This document shows positions 48,725 through 59,506 of a stretch of DNA of 64,000 nt, in pieces. The DNA is from Acidobacteriota bacterium (GTDB lineage: Bacteria > Acidobacteriota > CAIWXX01): contig JBFMAF010000055.1 in assembly GCA_040755995.1 (NCBI GenBank), forward strand, positions 64,001-128,000. Direction: 5' to 3'. The notes below the pieces were generated by a model. It made no database searches. It was not told the origin of the DNA and worked only from the letters and a program-made list of their open reading frames with translations. Within the stretch, counting starts at the first letter, position 1, and each line of letters starts with the position of its first letter. The position numbers were made by a program, and so were the translations under genes.

Positions 48725-49990
48725 ATGGCTACGTATACCTCTCCGAAGATCGCCGAGCTCGAGAAGAAGCTCAAGCGCGAACCCTATTCGCTCGTCTTCG
48801 TCCAGCTGGCAGAGGAATACCGGCGGGTGGGCGAGTTCGACAACGCCGTGCGAATATGCCGCGACGGCCTTCAGAAGCACCCGAACCACGTCTCTGCGAA
48901 CATGCTGCTCGGCAGGATCTACTTCGAGAACCGGCAGTACAAGGAGGCGCGCGCCGAGCTCCAGAAAGTCATTTCGGCATCACCTGAGAACCTGATGGCG
49001 CACAGGCTCCTCGGCGACATCTGCTGGTTCGAAGAAGATCTGGAACCTGCGGAGAAGGAATACCGCATGGTGTACATGTTGAACCCGACCGACCAGGAGG
49101 TCCGCCAGCGGCTGACGGTGATTGAGGGGAGACTGCGTGCCAAGGCGCTGGAGGATGCAGCGCGGGCGCGGGCGGCTTCTACCGCCTCGATCGGCGTGGC
49201 CGAAGGTGAGCATGTGCCGATTCCGGGGGTGGATGAGCCTCTTATCGACATTCAGTCATACGGGGAACCAGCGGGTGCGGAGGAGGCTGCGCGAGAAGAG
49301 GACAAACGGCCTGCAGAGGCGGTCGGGTTCGCGGAGGCGGCCGGGGAGCCGGCCCGGGGCTGGACGGCTCCACCGTCAGTCGGCGTTCCGCCGGCACCCG
49401 AGCATCCCGGCCTGGAGGCCTCGGGCGCCGCCGCTGCTGCCGAATCGATGGCGGAGCTCAAGCCAACTGTCACACCGGTCGAAGAGGCTCCCTCGGGCTT
49501 CTACGCGATCGGTGTGGGCGGGGAGGCAAAGGCTGAGGCCATGCCGACGAGTTTCCCTGTGACGCCGCCGTCCATGCCTGAGACGCCTGTCTCGGAACAG
49601 ACTGTGCGCTTCGAAGTCGGGATGTTCGCGATTCCCGAGCCCAGTGTGCCCCGCGGAATCGAGGCAGTCGAAGAACGTGGGCCGGAGCCTGCGCCGGCAG
49701 CGGCGGAGGTGTCGGAGGAGCTGGCAACGGCTACGCTTGCGGAGCTGTACGCCGCACAGGGGCACCATGGCAAGGCCGCCGCGGTCTATCGGCGTCTGCT
49801 GGAGAGGAACCCTTCCGACGACGCCTTGTGGCAGAAGTTATGGGACGCTGAACGGCTTGCGAGCCAGCCGGTAGAGCCGGCGAGCCAGGTGACTGGTGTG
49901 CCCCTTGAGTTGACCTCCGAGCGGAAAGTTGCCATACTCCAGTCGTGGTTGGCGGCCATGAGAGTGAATCGGATGGGCGCTCGGATTTGA
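48725..49990 (+). CDS. TPR protein with Pro/Glu/Ala-rich linker and C-terminal TLAELYxxQG TPR
   Basis: N-terminal TPRs (FVQLAEEYR, LLGRIYF, LLGDIC), low-complexity middle, LATATLAELYAAQGH, ILQSWL end. Confidence 0.85.
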   Translation: MATYTSPKIAELEKKLKREPYSLVFVQLAEEYRRVGEFDNAVRICRDGLQKHPNHVSANMLLGRIYFENRQYKEARAELQKVISASPENLMAHRLLGDICWFEEDLEPAEKEYRMVYMLNPTDQEVRQRLTVIEGRLRAKALEDAARARAASTASIGVAEGEHVPIPGVDEPLIDIQSYGEPAGAEEAAREEDKRPAEAVGFAEAAGEPARGWTAPPSVGVPPAPEHPGLEASGAAAAAESMAELKPTVTPVEEAPSGFYAIGVGGEAKAEAMPTSFPVTPPSMPETPVSEQTVRFEVGMFAIPEPSVPRGIEAVEERGPEPAPAAAEVSEELATATLAELYAAQGHHGKAAAVYRRLLERNPSDDALWQKLWDAERLASQPVEPASQVTGVPLELTSERKVAILQSWLAAMRVNRMGARI

Positions 49991-50008
49991 CAACGGTGAG
50001 CTGCGAAC

Positions 50009-50368
50009 ATGTTTGAAGAAGTGCTCAAGCGAATCGGCAGGGCAGTGCCGGGTAGCCGTGGCTTGATGATCATGGGGATAGATGGGATTCCGCTCGAACA
50101 GTGGGTGGCGGCTCCGGATGTCAACCTTGATCTCGTGGCGACCGAATTCACGACGCTGCTCAAGAGCAGCCGGAGGAACTCGCGCGACACGGGACTGGGA
50201 GAGCTGCAGCAGGTGGCGGTTCTTTCCGAGAGAGGGCTCCTCTTGATGGGCGAGATCACGCCGGACTATTTCATGTTGTTCCTCATGGATCCTCTTGGGA
50301 GCATGGGAAGGGCTCGGTTCGAGCTTCGAAAGGCAAGAGCGATTCTGGAGCCGGAACTCTCGGTGTGA
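50009..50368 (+). CDS. Roadblock/LC7 domain protein (MglB/MglC-like)
   Basis: 119 aa; IMGIDGIPL and GSMGRARFELR patterns typical of roadblock proteins. Confidence 0.85.
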   Translation: MFEEVLKRIGRAVPGSRGLMIMGIDGIPLEQWVAAPDVNLDLVATEFTTLLKSSRRNSRDTGLGELQQVAVLSERGLLLMGEITPDYFMLFLMDPLGSMGRARFELRKARAILEPELSV

Positions 50369-50439
50369 CGCTTCGGGCCGTGGCCGAGGCGCGACGGTAG
50401 CGAGTTCTGTGTGGGAATTCAGTTGAAGAGGGAGAGCAT

Positions 50440-50925
50440 TTGAATCTCAAAGAGATCAAGGACCTGATCGACCTGATCACCGAGAAGAATCTGGCCGAAT
50501 TCGAGATGGAGAAAGCGGGCTTCAAGATCAAGGTGGTGAGGGCGGGAGCCAGACCAGCACAATCTTCGATGGTCGTGCAGTCCGTGCCGGATGCCGCGGC
50601 GACTGCGAACGTCACGAATCATGCCGCCCCCGTAATTGCCGTTCCGGCGACGGCGCACGTATCGTCCAGCGAGCACGAGGGGCTCGTCTCGATCAGATCG
50701 CCGATTGTGGGGACATTCTATCGGGCGCCTGAGCCGAACGCGCCGCCCTTCGTGAACGAAGGCGACCGCGTCACCAAGGGGCAGGCCCTTTGCATCATCG
50801 AAGCCATGAAGCTCATGAACGAGCTGGAGGCCGAGACCGATGGCGAGATCGTAAAGATCCTCGCCGAGAACGGCCAGCCGGTCGAATACGGCCACGAGCT
50901 GTTCCTGTTGAGGCCGCTGCCGTAG
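50440..50925 (+). CDS. accB: Acetyl-CoA carboxylase biotin carboxyl carrier protein
   Basis: [20 protein letters not shown] biotinylation motif; TTG start. Confidence 0.96.
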   Translation: MNLKEIKDLIDLITEKNLAEFEMEKAGFKIKVVRAGARPAQSSMVVQSVPDAAATANVTNHAAPVIAVPATAHVSSSEHEGLVSIRSPIVGTFYRAPEPNAPPFVNEGDRVTKGQALCIIEAMKLMNELEAETDGEIVKILAENGQPVEYGHELFLLRPLP

Positions 50926-51014
50926 AGACGGGCGTGCAGGACCTCCAGCCGGCTCCCCGATCCGTGGCGTACTCAGAGCGCCCCAGGCCAGCCTTCATGA
51001 ACGAGCTAACCGCT

Positions 51015-51042
51015 CAACTGACAACTGACAACTGACAACTGG
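51015..51042 (+). repeat. Heptamer array CAACTGA x3 + CAACTGG, 3 nt before the accC ATG
   Basis: Read directly. Confidence 0.85.
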
Positions 51043-51045
51043 ACG

Positions 51046-52410
<1,365 letters not shown>

Positions 52411-52561
52411 GGGACGGGGGAAGCAGTCAGCCGCACCCGCCGGGTGTCTGTCGTCGGAGCGGGTGGCGGGCTATTCGCTGCGTAGGCCCTCCGCCGGACT
52501 ACCGCGCGCCGGGGATTCCGCCGGCGTGAGGATACCGGAGCACCGACGCACCGCGCCGGCC

Positions 52562-52590
52562 TTGACAGCACGGGCGCCGGGTGATAGGCT
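52562..52590 (+). promoter_or_regulatory. sigma70-type promoter for rplU-rpmA (TTGACA-N17-TAGGCT, TGn extension)
   Basis: Hexamers at 52562-52567 and 52585-52590. Confidence 0.65.
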
Positions 52591-52621
52591 TCTGCATTTC
52601 TTTACAGGGGGTCGACTGAGT

Positions 52622-52942
52622 ATGTATGCAGTGATTCACACGGGCGGCAAGCAGTACCGCGTCGAAGCCGGCAAGACGATCAGGGTTGAGAAGATCGAGT
52701 CGAACGCCGGCGATCGGCTCGAGATCACGGCGGTCTCGCTGGTTCGGAAGGACGATGGAGGGCTGTTCCTGGGCACACCGTGGATCGACGGGGCCAGGGT
52801 GCTGACCACCGTGGTTGATCAGGACCGCGCGAAGAAGGTCACGATTTTCAAGAAGAAGCGGCGCAAGCAGTATCGTCGAACCAAGGGACACCGGCAGGCA
52901 TACACAGAGCTGAGAATCGACGAAATCGAAGCGGGACAGTAG
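52622..52942 (+). CDS. rplU: 50S ribosomal protein L21
   Basis: MYAVIHTGGKQYRV...KKKRRKQYRRTKGHRQ. Confidence 0.97.
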   Translation: MYAVIHTGGKQYRVEAGKTIRVEKIESNAGDRLEITAVSLVRKDDGGLFLGTPWIDGARVLTTVVDQDRAKKVTIFKKKRRKQYRRTKGHRQAYTELRIDEIEAGQ

Positions 52943-52966
52943 GCGAACGCCTCGGAGGACTGAGAG

Positions 52967-53227
52967 ATGGCACACAAGAAATCGGGCGGCGGCGCTCGGA
53001 ATGGGCGCGACAGCAATGCCCAGCGGCTGGGTGTGAAGCGATTCGGGGGCCAGTTCGTGCAGGGCGGCACGATCCTGGTGCGGCAGCGAGGCACGGTGTT
53101 CAAACCGGGGCTCAACGTCGGGCGAGGCAAGGACGACACGCTGTTTGCCGAGACAGCAGGCATAGTTCGCTTCCAGGATCGGGGCCAGCGCGGCCGGTTC
53201 ATCCTTGTAGAGCCGGCGCAGAACTAG
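52967..53227 (+). CDS. rpmA: 50S ribosomal protein L27
   Basis: [36 protein letters not shown]. Confidence 0.98.
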   Translation: MAHKKSGGGARNGRDSNAQRLGVKRFGGQFVQGGTILVRQRGTVFKPGLNVGRGKDDTLFAETAGIVRFQDRGQRGRFILVEPAQN

Positions 53228-53405
53228 GGTTCTACTGCTGGGACAGTGAACGATGTCACCTCGGGCGAGAGCTGTGAGAGAAGGCGCAGGCAGAGTGATG
53301 GTTGCGGTGGCTGCCCAGGTATCGGGAGGAATGCGTCGCGAGTCGCTGGTCGGGTCGGCCACCTATGCCAGCCCGCGGTAGCGCCAGGTCCAGCGGGAGC
53401 ACCCG

Positions 53406-54410
53406 ATGCTGGTGGATGAGCTTTATGTCGAGTGCAGGGCCGGTGACGGCGGCCGCGGCTGCTGCAGTTTTCGACGCGAAAGGTACGTACCGAAGGGTGG
53501 ACCCGACGGTGGCGACGGAGGGCACGGCGGCTCAGTGTACTTCACTTGCAACCCGTCCCTCAATGATCTGACCTTCTACCGTTTCAATCCGCTCCAGAGG
53601 GCGGGGCGAGGCGGTCACGGTCGCGGATCGCTCTGCCACGGGCATGACGGGCGGAACATTCGTCTCGCCCTCCCGCCGGGGACGCAAGTGCTGGATGACG
53701 GGGAGGTAGTGTGGGAGGCGCGGCAGGATGAGCCCGAGTTCTGCGCGGTTCGCGGAGGTCGGGGCGGGTTTGGGAACGCCCACTTCAAGTCATCGACCCG
53801 GCGCGCTCCGCGCTTCGCGGAGCCGGGGCAGTCCGGCGAACAGCGCCGCCTCAAACTCATGCTCAAGATGATCGCCGACTGTGGCATCGTCGGGTTCCCC
53901 AATGCGGGCAAGTCCACTCTGCTGTCGGTTGTCACGACGGCGCGCCCCAAGATTGCGGACTACCCGTTTACGACGCTCGAGCCCAATCTCGGAGTGGTTC
54001 GGGGCAGGGATTACCGGTCCTTTGTGCTGGCCGACATTCCCGGACTCATACCCGGCGCGCACACGGGCGCCGGACTCGGCAACCGGTTCCTGAAACACAT
54101 CGAGCGGACCAAGGCGCTGCTCTTCCTGATCGATATCAGCGAGAGCTCGGGCAGAGACCCGTTCGACGATTATGTGGCGCTGCGCAGAGAACTCGAGTGC
54201 TTCAGCGCCGCGTTGCTCGAACGCCCGTCTCTCGTCGCGGCGTCCAAGAGGGACATTCTGCAGGATACCAGGCGCCTGGCGTCGTTTCGGGCCCGGATGC
54301 GGAGGCAAGGGAAGAAGGTGTTTGCGCTTTCTGCGGTGACGGGGCAAGGAGTGAGGCCGCTGGTCAAGGCGCTGTTCGCGGAGCTCCCCGGAGCTCCCGT
54401 TTCCAAGTGA
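53406..54410 (+). CDS. obgE: GTPase ObgE
   Basis: FRRERYVPKGGPDGGDGG, GFPNAGKST, YPFTTL, DIPGL. Confidence 0.96.
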   Translation: MLVDELYVECRAGDGGRGCCSFRRERYVPKGGPDGGDGGHGGSVYFTCNPSLNDLTFYRFNPLQRAGRGGHGRGSLCHGHDGRNIRLALPPGTQVLDDGEVVWEARQDEPEFCAVRGGRGGFGNAHFKSSTRRAPRFAEPGQSGEQRRLKLMLKMIADCGIVGFPNAGKSTLLSVVTTARPKIADYPFTTLEPNLGVVRGRDYRSFVLADIPGLIPGAHTGAGLGNRFLKHIERTKALLFLIDISESSGRDPFDDYVALRRELECFSAALLERPSLVAASKRDILQDTRRLASFRARMRRQGKKVFALSAVTGQGVRPLVKALFAELPGAPVSK

Positions 54411-54416
54411 GGATGG

Positions 54417-54788
54417 ATGCTCAAGAGGGCTCCCGCGCGATCCAGGCCCCGATACGGGCGTGATATCGCCGAGGCGGTCGCAGCGGCCCAGGAGAAGCAG
54501 GCTGAGGATCTGCTGCTGCTGGACCTCCGGCCGTTGGCTTCCTTCACCGACTACTTCCTGATCGCCACGGGTCGCTCTCAGAGGCAGACTCAGGCGATCG
54601 CGACCGAGGTGGAAGAGAAGTTGAGGGTTGGGCGCAGGCGGGCGGCGTTGAACGTCGAAGGCTACCAGCGGGGTGAATGGATTCTCATGGACTATGGGGA
54701 CTTCATCGTTCATGTGTTCATGCCGCCGGCTCGCGAGTACTACGGACTGGAGCGGGTTTGGGGAGACGCGAAGAAGACAACGCTATGA
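54417..54788 (+). CDS. rsfS: Ribosomal silencing factor
   Basis: DYFLIATG.S.RQ, EGY..GEWILMDYGDFIVHVF..REYYGLERVW. Confidence 0.95.
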   Translation: MLKRAPARSRPRYGRDIAEAVAAAQEKQAEDLLLLDLRPLASFTDYFLIATGRSQRQTQAIATEVEEKLRVGRRRAALNVEGYQRGEWILMDYGDFIVHVFMPPAREYYGLERVWGDAKKTTL

Positions 54789-55720
54789 ACCCATTCGAGA
54801 AGATATGTGCCGCCGACCCGAAGACGCAGGAGGTCGTTGCTCTGGCCCGCCGCGTTGCTTCCTCCGCCAGCACCGTCTTGATCGAAGGCGAGTCCGGTGT
54901 CGGCAAGGATCTGCTGGCCAACGCGATGCACTATGCGAGCGACCGGGCCGAGGGGCCATATGTGCGAATCGACTGCCCGAACCTGACGGAGGAGCTGGTC
55001 GAATGTGAGCTGTTCGGTTATGAGCCGGGCGCCTTCACCGACGCGCGCGGACGGAAGAAGGGCAAGTTCGAGCTCGCGGACAAGGGGACGCTCTACATCG
55101 ACGGCATAGATCATCTATCGCTAGTGCTGCAGGCCAAGCTCCTCCGGCCGCTCCAGGAGAAGGTGGTGCAGAGGCTCGGATCGACGGTGGAGCACGAGCT
55201 GGATGTGCGGATCATCGCCTCCTCGCAGCTGGACGTTGCGGAGGAGGTCAGGGTCGGCGCGTTTCGCAGCGACCTCTTCTTCCGCCTGGCGGTCGTCCAC
55301 ATCAAAGTTCCTCCTCTGAGACAGAGACGCGCGGACATCGGGCTGCTGGCGAAAGCGCTGGCCAGGGAGGCCGGCGTGCGGACGGGACGTCCGGCATTCG
55401 ACGTCTCGGAAGAGGCTGTCGCGGTCATGAAGCGTTACTCGTGGCCGGGTAATGTCAGAGAGATGAAGAACGTGCTCGAGCGGCTCGCGATGACGTGCAG
55501 CGCCGATCAGGCCGGCGCGGATGAGATGCTCGCGGTCCTTCCCGCCCTCGGCTTCGGCACCGATTCCCGACCGCTCACGCTGCGGGAAGTGGAGTTCCAG
55601 TACATCGAGGAAATCCTCGACCGCACGGGACACAACGTGACGACCGCGGCAGGACTGCTCGGAATCAGCCGCAAGGCGGTCTACGACCATCTGAGGCGTA
55701 CATCAGGAAGATCGGTATGA
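54785..55720 (+). CDS. Sensor-less sigma54-interaction AAA+ regulator with HTH (Walker B DE->DG)
   Basis: GESGVGKD, ELFGYEPGAFTDA, LYIDGID, FRSDLFFRL, WPGNVRE, HTH; ATGA overlaps with rsfS and rlmH. Confidence 0.88.
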   Translation: MNPFEKICAADPKTQEVVALARRVASSASTVLIEGESGVGKDLLANAMHYASDRAEGPYVRIDCPNLTEELVECELFGYEPGAFTDARGRKKGKFELADKGTLYIDGIDHLSLVLQAKLLRPLQEKVVQRLGSTVEHELDVRIIASSQLDVAEEVRVGAFRSDLFFRLAVVHIKVPPLRQRRADIGLLAKALAREAGVRTGRPAFDVSEEAVAVMKRYSWPGNVREMKNVLERLAMTCSADQAGADEMLAVLPALGFGTDSRPLTLREVEFQYIEEILDRTGHNVTTAAGLLGISRKAVYDHLRRTSGRSV

Positions 55721-56178
55721 GGATGCGTTTCGTGTGGGTGGGGAAGACAAAGGATCGGCGCATTGCGGAGCTGGAGTCGGAGTACCTTCGCAGGATTTCT
55801 CACTACTATGCGTGTGACGTTGCGGTCGCGCGGCCGGCAAGAGGGGGATCGGCCGCGGAGTGTCTGGCGAAAGAAGGAGACGAGATCAACAAGAGAGTGG
55901 GACCGGGCGCTTACACCGTTCTACTCGATTCGGGCGGCGACATGATGGACACGGCAGGGTTCGCGAGGTGGATCGGATCGCTTGGGGACGGGCGTACCAG
56001 GGAGGTCGTGTTCGTCGTAGGCGGGCACCTCGGCATCGACCCGCGCCTGCTCGCATCCGCCCGACGCAGCCTCTCCCTGTCGAAGATGACCTTTACGCAC
56101 GAGCTCTGCCGGGTGCTACTGCTCGAACAGATCTACCGTGCCTGCACCATACTGAATGGGATCCCTTACCACAAATAG
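55717..56178 (+). CDS. rlmH: 23S rRNA (pseudouridine1915-N3)-methyltransferase
   Basis: VGK, FVVGGHLG, LSLSKMTFTHELCRVLLLEQIYRA, PYHK. Confidence 0.96.
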   Translation: MRMRFVWVGKTKDRRIAELESEYLRRISHYYACDVAVARPARGGSAAECLAKEGDEINKRVGPGAYTVLLDSGGDMMDTAGFARWIGSLGDGRTREVVFVVGGHLGIDPRLLASARRSLSLSKMTFTHELCRVLLLEQIYRACTILNGIPYHK

Positions 56179-56195
56179 GGCGAAGGAGATGTCTG

Positions 56196-56546
56196 ATGGA
56201 CAAGAAGAAACTTGAGGAGTTCAAGAAACGACTGCTGCAGAAGAAGCAGGAGTTGCTCGAGACGGTGACACAGGACCAGTCGGAGGGCCGGATCTACGAC
56301 GAGACCGGGACGCAGGACCTTGCGGACAAGGCGAGCAATTCCTATACGAAGGAGTTCCTTTTCGGCTTGAGCGACACGGAACGCGCAATACTGCTGGCCG
56401 TTGACGAAGCCCTCACGCGAGTCAAGAACGGTTCGTACGGGCAGTGCGTGATGTGTGGTGGCCCGGTGCAGGCGAAGAGGCTGGAGGCCATCCCGTGGGC
56501 CAGACACTGCCTGGATTGCCAGGAGAAGACCGAACGGGAGCGGTGA
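56196..56546 (+). CDS. dksA: DksA/TraR family C4 zinc-finger protein
   Basis: DLADKA (DxxDxA), YGQCVMC...RLEAIPWARHCLDC; RBS AAGGAG. Confidence 0.88.
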   Translation: MDKKKLEEFKKRLLQKKQELLETVTQDQSEGRIYDETGTQDLADKASNSYTKEFLFGLSDTERAILLAVDEALTRVKNGSYGQCVMCGGPVQAKRLEAIPWARHCLDCQEKTERER

Positions 56547-56738
56547 GAGTTTGGAGGCCGCTGGGCCTCCCGCACCCTCACAATCTGCTCCCCGAAGCTC
56601 TCGTCATGAATCGGGGCGTACGCCCATCTCTGCGATGAGTATGGGCCTGTGCGCGAGCCTTCTTGCGGGATTGGACAGGTATCCGAGTCGAGTGGGCCAG
56701 TGAAACATTCGGTCCAACTCGGATCTATCACCCGTGGG

Positions 56739-57431
56739 ATGGCGTCAGGCGGGATGGCCCTTTTGTTGCCCGACGCCTGCGCCGTCTGCGGGCTTCCGCT
56801 CGAAACCTGGTCCGACCGGCACGTCTGCGGCTCCTGTTGGAACGCCGTCCACCCCCTGTCCGGAACCACATGCCGGTGCGGCTACCCCGTGCCCTCCGGT
56901 CAAACGCAATGCGGCGCGTGCGTACTCAGTCCGTATTCCTTTGGAGTGGGGCGGTCAGCATTCGCTTACGAAACTCCCGTGCGTGAGATCATCCACGCAT
57001 TCAAATATGGGCGGCGCAGGGTGCTGGGGGCGCAGCTCGCACGGCGGGCTCTCCTTGCGGCAAGACCTCGTCAGCAGGTCACTCTCGTGCCCGTGCCGTC
57101 GCACTGGAGGCGCATGCACGAGCGTGGTTTCAATCCAGCAGAAGACGTGGCCCGCTCGATCGCACGCACCGCAGGATTGCCCATGCGCCGCCCACTGAAG
57201 AAGATCAGACGAACCTCGCCGCAGGCCTCGCTTTCCTCCAGCCGGCGACGTGAGAGCCAGCGCGGCGCCTTCTCGATCAGACTCGGTCACAGGCGTTGGG
57301 TGAGGGGAGCGAATGTCTGCCTGGTCGACGACGTCGCCACCACACTGAGCACTATTCGCGAGTGCGCCGCGGTCCTGACGCTGGCCGGCGCAGCCAGCGT
57401 GGACTTCTTCACGATCGCCCGCACCCTCTGA
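56739..57431 (+). CDS. comF: ComF family double zinc ribbon/phosphoribosyltransferase protein (start uncertain)
   Basis: CAVC..CGSC..CRC..CGAC, LVPVP, RGFN, LVDDVATT. Confidence 0.88.
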   Translation: MASGGMALLLPDACAVCGLPLETWSDRHVCGSCWNAVHPLSGTTCRCGYPVPSGQTQCGACVLSPYSFGVGRSAFAYETPVREIIHAFKYGRRRVLGAQLARRALLAARPRQQVTLVPVPSHWRRMHERGFNPAEDVARSIARTAGLPMRRPLKKIRRTSPQASLSSSRRRESQRGAFSIRLGHRRWVRGANVCLVDDVATTLSTIRECAAVLTLAGAASVDFFTIARTL

Positions 57432-57657
57432 ACGATACAGCACGACACAAGTCGCGCTGTATGCGCGCGGGGGTTGCGCGGGAGGCCTCGCGCGGCCGAA
57501 TGGCCGCAGATGCAAGCCCTGAGGCCCTCCTGCGACTACCACGCGTCATACACCGCGCCGACCCCTCAAATCTGTTGGGGACTTATGACTCGCTGTATGA
57601 CTGAGGCGATTGAGATCGCCAAATGCTGGAACCATCGACTGGCTCCCTACCCAGTTA

Positions 57658-57730
57658 GTGGGTGAACGTGATCGCATATCCGGACGCTGTCCCAGACAAG
57701 GACTCGTTCACGTCCACGTCTACCTGCACG
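57658..57730. repeat. Inverted hexamer arrays (GTGGGT GAACGT GATCGC / TTCACG TCCACG TCTACC TGCACG)
   Basis: Read directly, upstream of the acidic ORF promoters. Confidence 0.55.
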
Positions 57731-57773
57731 TTTGCGGAGGCGATGCCGTCGGTTCAGGGCCGGGCCGCGTGGG

Positions 57774-57857
57774 TTGACAAGCGGCGCTTCTGTTGTATAT
57801 TCAGGCCGAAATCAGTTCGCAGGTCACCGTTGACACGGTCCGGAGATGTAGTAATAT
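57774..57857 (+). promoter_or_regulatory. Two tandem sigma70-type promoters (TTGACA-N16-TATATT; TTGACA-N16-TAATAT)
   Basis: -35 at 57774 and 57830; -10 at 57796 and 57852. The second -35 lies within the palindrome ACCGT-TGAC-ACGGT. Confidence 0.6.
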
Positions 57858-57889
57858 CTCTTGGCCCGAACGTGACCCAGGAGGAGGCA

Positions 57890-58153
57890 ATGCCCGAGAA
57901 AGCTTGGAACGAGTTGACCCGAGATGATGAGTTCCTCGCCTATCCAAAGCGCCGTGATCCGGATGAAGTGCCCGTGACCGACGATCAGGAAGAAGGGGAC
58001 GGTGACGGCTACGACGACGAGTATGACGACGATGAGTACGAAGATGACGAAGAGGATGACGTAGAGGAAGACGAGGACGACGAGGACGAGGACTACCTGG
58101 ACGACGACGAGGACGCGGACGACTACGACGACCTCGACGAGGATGAGTACTAG
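57890..58153 (+). CDS. Small highly acidic protein (87 aa)
   Basis: RBS GGAGGAGG before ATG; 51 of 87 residues are D/E by hand count. Confidence 0.72.
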   Translation: MPEKAWNELTRDDEFLAYPKRRDPDEVPVTDDQEEGDGDGYDDEYDDDEYEDDEEDDVEEDEDDEDEDYLDDDEDADDYDDLDEDEY

Positions 58154-58404
58154 GCGAGGAGCGCTCGAGCGCGAGTGGCGCCGCGGGTCCTGGGCGAATC
58201 CGGCGCCGGCCAGATTTCGTTGATGCTTGCACCAGGGAGCAGTGCTTCCCTGGATCGGTGATTGTTAGTCGGGCCCCACGCACGATGTGGGTGCGGCTGT
58301 ACAGCGCGTCACAACTCCACAGCAGATTTAACGAGTCAACGCGCTGTGTACCGAGCTCGGCCCCCGGTGGGGATGCAGACAGGTCGATCGCGATGCTGCG
58401 GCGG

Positions 58405-59208
58405 TCAGAAGCGGTTCAGGAACGCGGAGACCGTGTCCTCCGTGACATAATGGCTGCCCAGCGGGCAGGGATGGTCATCGGTATGATAGTCGGAGCCGCC
58501 TGTGGCAAGGAGCGAGTATTTCTGCGCGGCGCTGATGAAAGGTGTGGGATCTACGTGCGGTCTCCAGAAGTTCACCACCTCGATGCCCTGCAGCCCGGCC
58601 TCGACTGCCATCTCGATCATGCAGTCGAATTCCACCACCGGTGGATGTGCCCAGACTGAGATCCCGCCGGCTCCGTTGATCATCTCGATCGCGGTTCGCA
58701 TGGGTGTGGCTGGAGGAGGCACGACGGAGCTGTCCCGCCTGATGTAGATGTCGAACGCCTTTTCCTCGGAATCCACCAGACCCTGATCAAGCATGTACCG
58801 CGCGATGTGTGCCGACGTGAGCAGGCGGCTCGTCTGAAGCGAGAGAAAGTGGCCGAAGTCGAGATCCATTCCGGCCGCTGCCATGCGCCTGAATCCTTCA
58901 CACATCCGCTCGCGCCGCTCGGTCTCGATCCCCTCCACATATCGAAGGAAGCTGCCGGCGGGCAAGGATGTGAAGTAGCCGAGCACGTGATACTCGCGGG
59001 CGGCGTGAACGCTGCTCAGCTCGAACCCCGCAATGACTCGAACGCGGGTGCCGCCGAGGTCGTCTCTGTATGCAAGGAACGTATCGTGATCCGTCAGCGA
59101 GATGACATCAAGGCCGGCGGCCTCCGCCTTCCGAACGACCTCGCAGGGCGACAGACCTCCGTCCGAGATCGATGTATGAACATGAAGGTCAACTCTAAGT
59201 CGTTCCAC
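58405..59208 (-). CDS. PHP domain phosphoesterase (TrpH/YciV-like)
   Basis: DLHVHTSISDG, LTDHDT, HVLGY, WAHP, GIEV, TGGSDYH. Confidence 0.92.
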   Translation of the reverse strand: MERLRVDLHVHTSISDGGLSPCEVVRKAEAAGLDVISLTDHDTFLAYRDDLGGTRVRVIAGFELSSVHAAREYHVLGYFTSLPAGSFLRYVEGIETERRERMCEGFRRMAAAGMDLDFGHFLSLQTSRLLTSAHIARYMLDQGLVDSEEKAFDIYIRRDSSVVPPPATPMRTAIEMINGAGGISVWAHPPVVEFDCMIEMAVEAGLQGIEVVNFWRPHVDPTPFISAAQKYSLLATGGSDYHTDDHPCPLGSHYVTEDTVSAFLNRF

Positions 59209-59506
59209 TCCTGCCCCTCAGGAGACGCAGACTATGCCATCGCGCGGCCCAGCTGTCAACATGTACCGCGCGGTGCCGCGGTACTCCGTGCGACGGCGGC
59301 GCTGCCGCTCCTCGCTACATGGGCAGGTGCGTGACCAGGTGACCAGGCGGTCACGCCGACCTGGACCTGGGGCTGAAGCCCCATGCTATTTTCTTGACGC
59401 CCCTCCGGGGCTCTGCCGTCGGTGACCCATTCCAGCGTGTCGCTGAAGCGGCGAGCCATGCATATGCATCCACGCTCAGGCCGCGAATGTGACCTGGGAA
59501 TCCAGG

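Noticed and set aside
53375..53405. SRP RNA-like CCAGGTC motif
   Set aside because: No GGAA tetraloop/AGCAG partner or long hairpin.
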